Source: the human T2T-CHM13v2.0 reference genome, Homo sapiens
Assembly: GCF_009914755.1 (NCBI RefSeq)
Contig: NC_060928.1
DNA: 64,000 bases
Direction: 5' to 3' (one strand)
The position numbers were made by a program, and so were the translations under genes. The notes under the pieces are model-generated. The model saw nothing but the letters and a program-made list of their open reading frames with translations, had not been told where the DNA came from and did no database searches. Of the stretch, positions 1 through 11,589 are shown in pieces (the first letter of the stretch is position 1; each line of letters starts with the position of its first letter).

Positions 1-451
1 AAGTAGCTGAACTCTACTTTTAATGATCTGAACTTGGGAAAGGCAGTTTCAACAAGTAATAATTTACTATTTTTAAAATAATAAATTTACTATGCCTTTA
101 ATTGTTTAATTTATAAATAAATTAATGGACAGAATAAATAATATAAATAATTTATGGACAGAATTAAACAATTAAAGGCATAGTAAATTATAATAATAAT
201 TATAGTAAATAATTACTTACCACTAAGTAAACAATTATTATAATTTACTATGCCCTTAGTTCTGTCCATAAAACTTGTATCTAATAAGCCTGTCAAGTAG
301 AGATGTTGCCTTTTCTTAATATAGTGATTCAGTCCTTTTATGTTAGTATATGCTTGAAATACTAGTTGTTTATGGAAATGGAATACACTTAAAATCACCT
401 ATGATGTTCAACAACCTAGTCTGTGTTACTTAGATATTGGCTTCAGTATAA

Positions 452-584
452 TTTTTTTTTTGATAGAAGGGGGGTCTCACTATGTGGTCTGAGCTGGCCT
501 GGAACTCTTGGACTTGAGGGATCCTCCTCCCTCCTCAGCCTCCAGAGTAGCTGGAACTACAGGAATGCATCCCCATGCCCAGCT
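452..584 (-). mobile_element. Free left Alu monomer (FLAM)
   Basis: Poly-T followed by a single Alu arm. Diverged TSD tggcttcagtataatttt / tagcctcaggataatttt. Confidence 0.85.
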
Positions 585-907
585 TAGCCTCAGGATAATT
601 TTGACAGAAAGTTCCCTTTAAGAGATTTCCAGAATTGATATTGGAGCATAATGTAGTCCCATATTTCTGATCTCTGGAAAAGGTTCAGTGCTATAATGTT
701 AAATGGGCATTATGGTAACTGGCAAAAATCTCTACAACACCTTGTGTCTTCCAACAAGAGGTGGAGTCTATTTTCCCAGCCATTGCTGTACATACCCTGG
801 GACTTGCTTTGATCAATGAATTACCGTAAGAGTGATGTTGTGCCAGTTATAAGACTTAAGAGGCCTTACACCTTTTGCTCTTGCTTTCTTACATACTTGG
901 AAATGCC

Positions 908-3285
908 AAACCAAATCCAGCAGCACATAAAAAAGCTTATCCACCACAATCAAGTTGGCTTCATCCCTGGGATGCAAGGCTGGTTCAACATATGCAAATC
1001 AATAAAGATAATCCATCACATAAACAGAACCAACGACAAAAAACACATGATTATCTCAATAGATGCAGAAAACGCCTTCGACAATATTCAACAGCATTTC
1101 ATGCTAAAAACTCTCAATAAACTAGGTATCCATGGAGTGTATCTCAAAATAAGAGTTATTTATGACAAACCCACAGCGAATATCATACTGAATGGGCAAA
1201 ATCTGAAAGCATTCCCTTTGAAAACAGGCACAAGACAAGGATGCCCTCTCTCACCACTCCTATTCAACATAGCACTGGAAGTTCTGGCCAGGGCAATCAG
1301 GCAGGAGAAAGCAATAAAGGGTACTCAAATAGGAAGAGAGGAAGTCAAATTCTCTCTGCAGATGACATGACTGTATATTTAGAAAACCCCGTCATCTCAG
1401 TCCAAAATCTCCTTAAGCTGATAAGCAACTTCAGCAAAGTCTCAGGATACAAAATCAATGTGCAAAAATCACAAGCATTCCTATACACGAATAACAGACA
1501 AACAGAGAGCCAAATCATGAGTGAACTCCCATTCACAATTGCTACTAAGAGAATAAAATACCTAGGAATACAACTTACAAGGGATGTGAAGGATCTCTTC
1601 AATGAGAACTACAAACCACTGTTCAAGGAAATAAGAGAGGACACAAACAAATGGAAAAATATTCCATGCTCATGGATAGGAAGGATCAATATCATGAAAA
1701 TGGCCTTACTGCCCAAAGTAATTTATAGATTCAATGCTATCCCCATCAAAATACCATTGACTTTCTTTACAGAATTGGAAAAAAGTACTTTAAACTTCAT
1801 ATGGAACCAAAAAAGAGCCCGCATAGCCAACAGAATCCTGGACAAGAAGAACAAAGCTGGAGGCATCACGCTACCTGACTTCAAACTTTACTACAAGGCT
1901 ACAGTAACCAAAACAGCATGGTACTGGTACCAAACAGATATATAGACCAATGGAACAGAACAGAGCCCTCAGAAACAACACCACACATCTACCACCATCT
2001 GATCTTTGACAAACTTGACACACACAATGGGGAAAAGATTCCCTATTTAATAAATGGTGTTGGGAAAACTGGCTAGCCATATGCAGAAAACTGAAACTGG
2101 ACCCCTTCCATACACCTTATACAAAAATCAACTCAAGATGGATCAAAGACTTAAATGTAAGACCTAGGACCATAAAAATCCTAGAAGAAAACCTAGGCAA
2201 TACCATTCAGGACATAGGCATGGGCAAAGACTTCATGTCTAAAACACCAAAAGCAATGGCAACAAAAGCCAAAATTGACAAATGGGATCTAATTAAACTA
2301 AAGAGCTTCTGCACAGCAAAAGAAACTATCATCAGAGTGAACAGGCAACCTACAGAAGGGGAGAAAATTTTTGCAATCCATCCATCAGACAAAGGGCTAA
2401 TATCCAGAATCTACAAAGAACTTAAACAAATTTACAAGAAAAAAGCAAACAACCCCATCAAAAAGTGGGCAAAGAAGATGAACAGACACTTCTCAAAAGA
2501 AGACATTTATACACCCAACAGACATACGAAAAAATGCTCATCATCACTGGACATTACAGAAATGCAAATCAAAACCACAATGAGATACCATCTCATGCCA
2601 GTTAGAATGGCGATCATTAAAAAGTCAGGAAACAACAGATGCTGGGGAGGTTGTGGAAAAATATGAATGCTTTTACACTGTTGGTGGGAGTGTAAATTGG
2701 TTCAACCATTGTGGAAGACAGTATGGCAATCCCTCAAGGATCTGGAATCAGAAATACCATTTGACCCAGCCATCCCATTCCTGGGCCTATACCCAAAGGA
2801 TTATAAATCATTCTACTATAAAGACACAGGCACACGTATGTTTATTGCAGCACTATTCGCAATAGCAAAAACTTGGAACCAACACAAATGTACATCAATG
2901 ATAGACTGGATTAAGAAAATGTGGCACATATATACCACGGACATAAAAAAGGATGAGTTCATGTCCTTTGCAGGGACATGGATGAAGCTGGAAACCATCA
3001 TTCTCAGCAAACTATCACAAGAATAGAAAACCAAACACCACATGTTCTCACTCATAAGTGGGAGCTGAACAATGAGAACACATGGACACAGGGAGGGGAA
3101 CATCATACACTGGGGCCTATGAAGGATGGGGAGCTAGGGAAGGGATAACATTAGGAGAAACACCTAATGTAGGTGATGGGTTGATGGGTGCAGCAAACCA
3201 CCATGGCACATGTATACCTATGTAACAAACCTGCACATTCTCCACATGTAACCCAGAACTTAAAAGTATAATAAAAAAAAAAGAA
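908..3285 (+). mobile_element. 5'-truncated L1PA7/8 (ORF2 RT/C-terminal remnant, 3'UTR, polyA)
   Basis: ORF track shows L1 ORF2 peptides ([31 protein letters not shown]) in shifting frames. TSD-like ttggaaatgc / ttgaaaatgc. Confidence 0.95.
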
Positions 3286-3446
3286 ATTTGAAAATGCTAT
3301 ATGAATGAGCTTGGCTAGCCTGCTGAAGGATTAGAGAGACCACATGGAGAGAGGCCCCAATTCTTTCAGATATCCCAGCTGATGCCATCACAACCAGCCA
3401 GGCTGGCCAACCCACCAGCACCTGCAGATGCATGAAAGAGCCCTGC

Positions 3447-3920
3447 TGTATTTGTTTGAGAGGGCTGCTGTAACAAAGCCTGTAACACCACACACAGGGG
3501 AGCTCAACCAACGTAAACTTACTTTCTCACGGTTCTGGAAGTTAGAAGTCTGAAATCAAGATTAGGCAGTATTGTGTTTTGTGTGTCTTTTTGGTTTTTT
3601 TGTTTGTTTTTGAGGGCTATGAAAGAAGAATCTGTTCCAGTTCTCTCTCCTGGGCTTGTAGACACCTGTCTTCAGGTTCAAATGGCATTTTCCCCATTTG
3701 TTCACATTATCTTCCTCTGTACAAGTCTGTGCTCAAGTTTCCTCTTTTTAGAAGAACATCAGTCATATTGGATTAGTGTTCACCGTAATGACTTTATTTT
3801 CACTTAATTTCTTCTGTAGAGATCCTATCTCAAATACTGTATCAATCTGAGGTACTGGGGATTAAGACTCCAGCATATACATATTTTTGAAAAGGAAGAG
3901 ATGTAATTCAGCCCGTAACA
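3447..3920 (-). mobile_element. MLT1B-like MaLR solo LTR
   Basis: gggctgctgtaacaaa...ctcacggttctggaag...tgaggtactggggattaagact...aattcagcccgtaaca. Confidence 0.75.
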
Positions 3921-4973
3921 CTAGCAAAGACCAGCAAGATGAGAACTGCCCAGCTGAGCCTAGCCCAGAATAGCGGCCCATGAAGAAAGCCCGGTAAATG
4001 ACTGTTATTTTAAGTTGCTAAGTTTTAAGGTAGTTTGTTACACAGCAAAAGTTAACTGATTACAGCCATATTTATTGAATTTTGGTATATTTATTATTTG
4101 GTTTTAAAACTGTAAGACTTTCTGGATATTACTAAGTGAGTTGCCAGAACTGTGCTGGTTACATGGGAAATGCTGAGATCAACATTCCCTGACAATATAG
4201 TCTCTCTAGCACTCCAAGGATGAGCTAGCTATAATTTCACATAAATATTTCATTTTTTCTTTCAGGTTGTCCCTTGGGAAGTTCAATAGCACGGATCACA
4301 CTATCACCTTAAACTTAAAGTTAATATATTTCACTCAATACCTCTGCCAAAAATATGTTCATCAAAGTGTGTTCTTGTCCAAGTTTAACATGACCTATTT
4401 TCTAAAAAAAAATCAAATCAAGTGCACCTCACAGCACCCTCACTCAGATAGAAACCACGGTTTATTTATTTTTATGTATAATGCTGCATCTCTAAATACC
4501 AATATTTTCACCAAAATAAACAGTCCTGTGAAGTTAAATTTCATGCATGTCAGAAGTATTTCAACTGAGTAAATATTGAGAGGAGCAATTCTACTTTTTG
4601 ACAGAAAGTGTTCAAGTGTTTGATCATCAAATTTAACTTAGTATTCCAAAGAGTATCCAAATATTTTTGGCAGTCTCAAAGCTCTTATGAATCTCCCAGC
4701 CAACCATTGCTTTGATGGGCAATTTCTTCACCTGGCAGGAAGTTTTTCTAGTTAATTAACCTTTACTTCAAGTCCTATATTTTCCCTTTTCAATTTTTCC
4801 TGTATACTTAAATACAGTTAGGCTTGTGACCAACAGATGCATTGCAAAGTCCTACCTGGTTAAGTGGACTTATGGTTCCCTTATCGGGAAACTGATAATT
4901 CACAATTCCAATCCATTCACAATGGATTAGTCTCATTCAAAATCCTATCCTGCATATTACACATCTTATTACC

Positions 4974-5388
4974 TATGTTAGTCCATTATGTATTGCTCTA
5001 AAGGAAAACCTGAGACTGGGTAATTTATAAAGAAAAGAGGTGTATTTGGCTCATTGTTCTTCAGATAATACAGAAAGCATGGCACCAGCATTTGCTTCTG
5101 GTGAGACCTCAGGAAGCTTTCAATCATGATGGAAGGCAAAGAGGGAGCAGACATGTCACATGGCAAGAGAGGGAGCAAGAGAGAGGGGAGGAAGTGTAAC
5201 ACTCTTTTAAACAACCAGCTATTGTGTGAACTAATAGAGCAAGAACTCATAACCACAAGGATAGCACCAACTCATTTATGAGGGATCCGTCCCCTATGAC
5301 CCAAACGCCTCCCACTAGGCCCACCTTCAACACTGGGGATCACATTGTAACATGAAATTTGGAGGGGACAAATTTTCAAACTATGGCA
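4974..5388 (-). mobile_element. MSTB-like MaLR solo LTR
   Basis: MST LTR sequence; perfect 5-bp TSD TTACC (4969-4973, 5389-5393). Confidence 0.85.
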
Positions 5389-5553
5389 TTACCCAACTTC
5401 ATGAATAATTTAGTAACTATTTAAAATGCTGTGAATTAAGATGTTTTCTGCTTTTAAAGGATAACTACTCATACCTTAGAGCAATATTTAGACGTAAGTC
5501 AATGGTTTATGTAGTTATATTTTTCTTTTAAAGACATTTTTGTAAAAATTTAG

Positions 5554-6488
5554 TTTATTGGGAATAATTGACCAAAAATCATGGACAATTCTACTCTCAA
5601 AAATGTTACTGTACCCATACCATCCACTACCACCACCACCACCACAGTTTCTCACTGTACTAAGGGCCTATTACTGTCTTGCTTCCAAGTGTCAACATTT
5701 TTCTGTTGTGGTTGTCTGGAGATTGGACAGGGCTTTCCACTGCTTGATTTTCACACTACTTTCCTTTGTGCATTGGCTTTAACTGAGTTTCTGCCATTTC
5801 CTATGTTTTCAGGAAGCCTGATGGTTTGGCTTGGCTCTAAGTCAGTTTGTTAATATGTAAAGTTTATCTTGTTTATAGAAATAGATTGATTCGTAGATAA
5901 TTTCTTCTATGTTTGCAAATTGTCCCTTTCAGATAACAGCCTTAACCTCCGTATGAGGTTGTCCAGAAAGCCTTTTGTGCTTTGACCTTTTATTTTAGTA
6001 GTCTGTAGCTGGACAAAGTTGGTTTGGCATATAATCATCACTTCTTTAGCTGGGGGTCTTTTTCTTTCTTTCCTCCCTGGTAATGCAATAAGATCACTGT
6101 AGTTTTCTTTCTTTTCAAATTATTTTTTAATCTTTGAATGTTGAAAAGCATTCTCCAATTTTTCTTTGTTTTTCTCTTCTCTCTGGAGATGCTCTAGCTC
6201 CCTCAGGGGTCCCTTCCATAATCTAATTTCTTTGATTTTGCCAGATCCAACAAGAAAGTACTTTTTGTTATAGTCTCTCTTGAGCAGCAAGTCTGTGTGT
6301 CAGACCATATTAGAAAATTTTCCCCAAAAACCTTTTAAAATTGAAGACACATTGATGTCTATATTCTTGAGAAAATAACCTTTAGAATCCCCTTTCTTAA
6401 AGTTTCCAGGAGCCTCTCCTGTTTGGGAAGTACTCTTCCTTATTCAACAAAATTTTGATAATCTTTCTCTGTTCAGGAATATCAGTTC
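5554..6488 (-). pseudogene. Decayed terminal exon I with polyadenylation signal
   Basis: tttggttttgtttgttag|GAA CTG, phase 0, matching exon H. 97 codons with only two TGA stops (6446, 6302), then a K/E-rich tail. AATAAA on the minus strand at 5559-5554. Confidence 0.62.
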
Positions 6489-7483
6489 CTAACAAACAAA
6501 ACCAAATTAAATATACAGCCAGTTACAGCAGCCAGAATTGTTCCTTAACATTCCCTGCTTCTCTATTTGAAAAATAGCCTCTGAACTTGTGATCACTATG
6601 ACTGTAAGGGCCAGGACATATAACATTATTCCAAACAAATTATTTTGATGGTTTTCATGATAAATGTAACTCATATGAGCTAAAGTAATCAGCCATTGAG
6701 ATGGCTAGAATATTCTTCACATAGATTTTATCATGAGGCCACCCTTTAGGGCATCAGATACCCCCTGCGACTGTCTGTATTGCTAGGTATGTGAAAATCA
6801 CTAATGTTTTGAATGTCCTTAAAAACTTTTCTAGATATCAGATATTCTGAGAAATTCAGATGAATTGGTGGTTTTAGGAGTTTTAAAAGCAGAATGTTAA
6901 AGTGCTTAGACAACAAGTGAATTCCGGTAGAAGCAAAAAAAGGTAGGAATCAATATTTATTAGGTTTATACTGTAAGGAGACACTTGACATAATGGTCTC
7001 TCTATTCTTCACAAGAATCCTTTAAGCACTGAATCTGTATTTTATGAACAAAAAAAACTAAGACTTGGAGACATTAAGTATCCTGTGTGAGGTCACACTC
7101 CTCTCTGGCTAGTAGGCTAGAGCCAGGATTATAAAGACTAAGCTTATTGCCCTCTAATCATCTGGCTTCCTAAGAAGCAGAATTAAAAAGAAAAGGCAAG
7201 GTGATAGGATTTATTCATCTTAGTCGCATTTTCTAAATGATTTATTTTCCCCATATACAAGAAGCTTAGGGAAATAATGTAAATGTTGTGTGAGACAGCA
7301 TCTCATGAATGTGGAAATAATGAATATGTATGTTTTCTGCATATGTAACTGATGACTGAAAAGACTGACATCAACACTGAAGTCTGTTATTTAGGATCAA
7401 ATAAAATGAATCAGGTACTCTATGGATATGTCTTCATATTCACAGATGATCAGGGACTTAGTGTAATGGTTTAAAACATGGGC

Positions 7484-7808
7484 TGTTGGAGGTGGAGAGG
7501 AGGAGGGCAGGATAGGGACAGCTTGATTAATGGATACAAAATTACAGCTAGAGAGCAGCCATAAATTCTAGAGTTCTATACCACTGTTCAGGGAATACAG
7601 ACGACAACAATTTCTTGTATATTTTCAAAAAGCTAGAAGAGAGGATTTTGAATGTTCCCAACACAAGGAAGGATTAATGTTTGAGATGAAAGATACACTG
7701 ATTACCCTGATTTGATCATCACACGTTGTATACATGTATTGAAATATTACTCTGTCTCTCATAAATATGTACAATTATGTGACAAGTAAAAATAAAAGGT
7801 AACAAAAA
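7484..7808 (+). mobile_element. L1MA 3' end inserted into a MIR (MIR about 7458-8050)
   Basis: aatggatacaaaattacagctag...attaccctgatttgatca. TSD-like aaaacatgggct / agaacacgggcc. MIR core (gcaagttactt...tttcctcatctgtaaaatg) resumes afterwards. Confidence 0.8.
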
Positions 7809-8584
7809 GAACACGGGCCTCTAGAGCCAGGCTGGACATGTCAAGTCCCTGTTCTTCCTCTTATTGACTGTATAACTCTGAGCAAGTTACTTAGCCTCTT
7901 TGTGCAATAGTTTCCTCATCTGTAAAATGAGTGTGGTTTTAAAGAATAGCTTACCTTGCTGGCCTAAAAGGATTCAATGTGCAATATGTAAATGTTATTT
8001 AGAGTAGTGTCTGTCTGGCTTACAGTAAGCACTTAAAACATGCTTCCTCTTATTAACTTATGCGCTAAATCTCAAAAATATTATAAATCTCTGTCACAAA
8101 CATTAGCCATCAGAACCAATGGTAGTATCATGATATTGTCTTTGAAGTTCCCAAGATATATCACAGAGTTCTTGGGAGCATAATCTCTATTATATATATA
8201 TAATAATCTGTTAGTAGCAGAGAACCAGTATAGAATAGTGGTTAAAACTGCAGACCATCAAGCCACTTGTTCCTACTAGAAATATAAACAGGGTTGCCCA
8301 GCCTCGTGTTTTCCATATCTGTAAAATAGAAGAATAGTAACTAACTCACAGAATTATAGTTAAGATTAATAAAATCATGCCTTGAAGAGTATCTAGAGAC
8401 TCATGATCAATTATCTGTTAATATATTCACCATATCATTATTATTTTAATACTATCATATTATTTTAATCCCAGAATAGGAAATTAATTATTTAATTTTA
8501 ATTATTTTAATCCCAGAATAGGAAATTATTTGTTTAGTGTCTTTTGAGTTTACCAACCCTAAATCTTATATTGATAATATCATC

Positions 8585-8719
8585 TTTATTTATTTATTTT
8601 TTTGACATGGGGTCTCACTTTGTCACCCAGGCTGGTTTTGAACTCCTGACCTCAAGCCATCTTCTAGCTTCAGCCTCCCAAAGTGCTGGGATTGTAGATG
8701 TGAGCCACCACGCCCAACC
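8585..8719 (-). mobile_element. FLAM_C-like monomer
   Basis: Single Alu left arm; TSD ttgataatatc / ttgataatgtc. Confidence 0.85.
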
Positions 8720-9465
8720 TTGATAATGTCTTGGACTTGTGTGGTTTGTTACAACTTCCCCAGTGTTTGACATCCATCATATCATTTAATCCATAAAATA
8801 ACTTTTGAGACAGGTATTACTCTTAGGTTGCAGAGAAAGGTGGAGAAATTTATCAAAAATCGCAAAGTTGATAAGTAATAGAGTTAGAACTTGAATCCAG
8901 ATCTTCTGAATTAAGACTTCTATAATCATTTTTCATGTTTTCCTACCTTCTGAATGTTCTCAGGAGAAAGAAATATTTGAGGATATGTAGGAAAGGAATC
9001 ATACATGCACCTATCATATGTTACAGTAGCCAGAGTGAAGCAAAAAAAAAAAAAAAGCAAATACCCAGTTTTAAAGTAGATAAAAAGAGAAAAGAGACAA
9101 GATGATAAGCCTCATCTTCTGCAAATATTTTTCATTTGCAGTTCTCAAGTCAGTAAGAATCATGTGACAAGTTTACAGAGTTCCCACTGAGATTAGTGAA
9201 CCCAAAAAAGGTAGGCAGGAAAATAAACTAACTAGGCAGACAACCAAATGGTTTATATTGTATGTTTTCACTTTTTAAAATATTCTATTTCCATGCACTC
9301 TCAAATATAAACATTGATAAACTATTCTAAAACCTAATAGTGATATTATTAAGTTATTAAAAAAATAGTTGATAGGGATATGGAGATAATTACTATAATT
9401 TTTTTTGCCCTAATCCACTGTCAATAACTTATTCCAGTGGTATAAACTGACATTTACTTTCTTAC

Positions 9466-9660
9466 CTTTTTTAAACTTCTGGGTTTCGGCTGAAGTTCAG
9501 TTTCCAGGAAATCTCTCCCCATTTGGGGATCACCATGTACCACAGCCTCAAATTCCTCCCAAGTCCCTTGCCCATATACACAATCATACAACTCACTGTC
9601 TGTTCTGGCTGGTTTAGTGGACAGTGCCCATGTGACAAAATTATATCCCTCTGAAAGGAA
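9466..9660 (-). pseudogene. Exon H, 195 bp, fully open, phase 0->0
   Basis: ctgttctctctcattccag|TTC ... AAA AAG|gtaaga. 65 codons: FLSEGYNFVTWALSTKPARTDSELYDCVYGQGTWEEFEAVVHGDPQMGRDFLETELQPKPRSLKK. Confidence 0.75.
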
Positions 9661-10079
9661 CTGGAATGAGAGAGAACAGATATTACCCACTCATGGATGG
9701 GATTTAATGTAGGAAACCATGGCCATGACACAAGCTCTGCCTGCAGGCTCAGATATTTGCATCTTGGTCTCTTGTATCTGTCACAGTCCCTTTTCAAGGC
9801 TGCTGAGATATAGAAAATATAAAAGCAAGTACTTTTATCTAGGAAGCTAGCCCTGCTGATTTTCACATTGAGAAGTTTAAACAGGCAGAAGGTCAGGATA
9901 TTATAATAGTCACTCCTTGAAGGGGAGTAGTTACAGGTCAAATATAAATACCTTGACAAGGCTAAAAGGACTGAAGAAATAAAATTGTGAATCAAGCTAT
10001 ACTGAGATCCACTTTGAGTTAATAAAACGAACAGGTTTGACTGTATTTTTTAAAACATTTTTTCCCAGAATGATACATT

Positions 10080-10446
10080 TAAAAGCCTGAATATTTGCTA
10101 TTTCGCCCAGTATCACACATTCCTTCTCCCACACTGAAGAGACCACTGAACTTAGAAAATCAGGGATTTTTGTTGTTCACTGTAACTGTTTTGTGAGCTT
10201 GTTTATCAGCTGCACAGACACGCTGCAAGGCCTTCAGTGGGCTTGGGACCACAAGTGAGTATGTGGTGAAAAAAGACCTCACCATGCAATTTAGCAGATT
10301 CCAAAAAAAGGAATAAAAATCTTAAGAGAAGGCATTCATGACAGTAAAAATTATGGTTGGTGAAAGTTGGCTGAACTGGCTGAGAAAATCATCTTTCTAA
10401 AAAGATTCGCTTCATGTATTGGGGTTAAGTTCAGCTCTGAAAGGAC
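10080..10446 (-). pseudogene. Decayed exon G (3' boundary uncertain)
   Basis: ttcaaatag|GT CCT TTC. One frame reads PFRAELNPNT*SESF*KDDFLSQFSQLSPTIIFTVMNAFS*DFYSFFWNLLNCMVRSFFTTYSLVVPSPLKALQRVCAADKQ. Confidence 0.5.
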
Positions 10447-10826
10447 CTATTTGAAATCATGTTGTTCTTGCATCTGGTTGAGGACAAACTACCCCAAATT
10501 AACTACACGCAAATGCCATTTTTAGCCTTTCAACATGTGATTAAATCAAGGGTTTGCACCCTTTGAAGCACAATACTTTATAGTTTTAATATGGTCAATA
10601 AGCATTGGAAGGCTTATTATGTTCTGATGAAGAGAATTTTCTGGTTAGATTAAATGTTATCCATAATCAATTTTTCTTTCAATGTTTATTGAAAGTCATG
10701 CTATTATGTGTTAGACTAGTTTTCTGCTTTAAAAAGTATAGTGCACAGAATGTAATTTAATACTTCTTAAATAATGGTAACCTGACAGCAGAGAAAGATA
10801 ATAAATATCTTAAAAATAGTCTTCTG

Positions 10827-10892
10827 GTTTTTTTTTATTATTATACTTTAAGTTCTAGGGTACATGTGCACAATGTGCAGGTTTGTGACATT
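10827..10892 (-). mobile_element. About 65-bp L1PA 3'-terminal fragment
   Basis: tttattattatactttaagttctagggtacatgtgcacaatgtgcagg flanked by a 15-bp TSD aaaaatagtcttctg (10812-10826, 10897-10911). Confidence 0.85.
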
Positions 10893-11129
10893 AAAAAAAA
10901 ATAGTCTTCTGAACTGTGATCACTATGACTCTATGGCCCAGGACAAAGAACACAAATAATGAAATATCTTAACAAGAAATTCTGCCTTCAAACAAATATT
11001 TTCAATGGCTTAAAATATCTTGGTGTGCTTTCAGGTTACCATTGTGATTATTAAACCTAAGTGATGTTAAAAAAGATGTTGATTTACCAACTAAAGATCT
11101 ATTCTCAATGATTATTCGTAAAAATTACA

Positions 11130-11585
11130 TGATTTGTATTCACAGAAGCATTATTCACAATAGCTAAAAGGTGGAACCAACCCAGGTGTCCATTGATTAA
11201 CAAATGGATAAGCAAAATGTGTATATATACATGAGGAAATATTATTCAGCCTTTAAAATGAAGGAAATTATGACCTATACTACAACATGGATGAATCATG
11301 AGGAGATTAAGTTAAGTGAAATAAGCCAGTCACAAAAAAAGAAATACTGTATGATTCTAAATATGAGGTACTTAGAGTAATTGAATTCATAGAAAGAGAA
11401 AATAGAACAATGGTTGCCAGGGGCTGGGGGGCATACGAAATTGTTTAATGGGTATAGAGTTTCAGTTTTTCAAGATGAAAAGGTTCCAGAGATCGGTTGT
11501 GCAACAGTGTAAACATTCTTAACACTAAAGTTTATGTACACCTAAAAATGGTCAAGATGTTTTGATGTTATATATATTTTACTAT
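11130..11585 (+). mobile_element. Old L1M (L1MB/MC) 3' region
   Basis: cattattcacaatagctaaaaggtggaacc...aataagccagtcacaaaa...atgggtatagagtttcagtt. Confidence 0.75.
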
Positions 11586-11589
11586 GATT

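Larger units (their letters stand above)
711..4063 (+). mobile_element. MLT1G/H-type MaLR LTR split by an L1PA and an MLT1B
   Basis: aagaggtggagtctatttt...gacttgctttg on the left; ctgcccagctgagcctagccc...tagtttgttacacagc...actgattaca on the right. Confidence 0.7.

Noticed and set aside
816-3026. Reverse-transcriptase-like ORFs as a functional gene or novel RT system
   Set aside because: These are frameshifted ORF2 pieces of a 5'-truncated L1PA.
6305-6345. ILKGFWGKFS resembling the protein-primed PolB/Maverick (NSxWGKF) motif
   Set aside because: No other PolB motifs are present and the context is a spliced exon; probably chance.
6571-6653. Intronic snoRNA explanation for the dispersed repeat
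   Set aside because: No convincing C/D or H/ACA boxes or terminal stem on the host strand.
9471-9995. 174-aa minus-strand ORF as a gene
   Set aside because: It runs through intron-like sequence and a splice acceptor. The splice-compatible frame is the other one (9466-9660).
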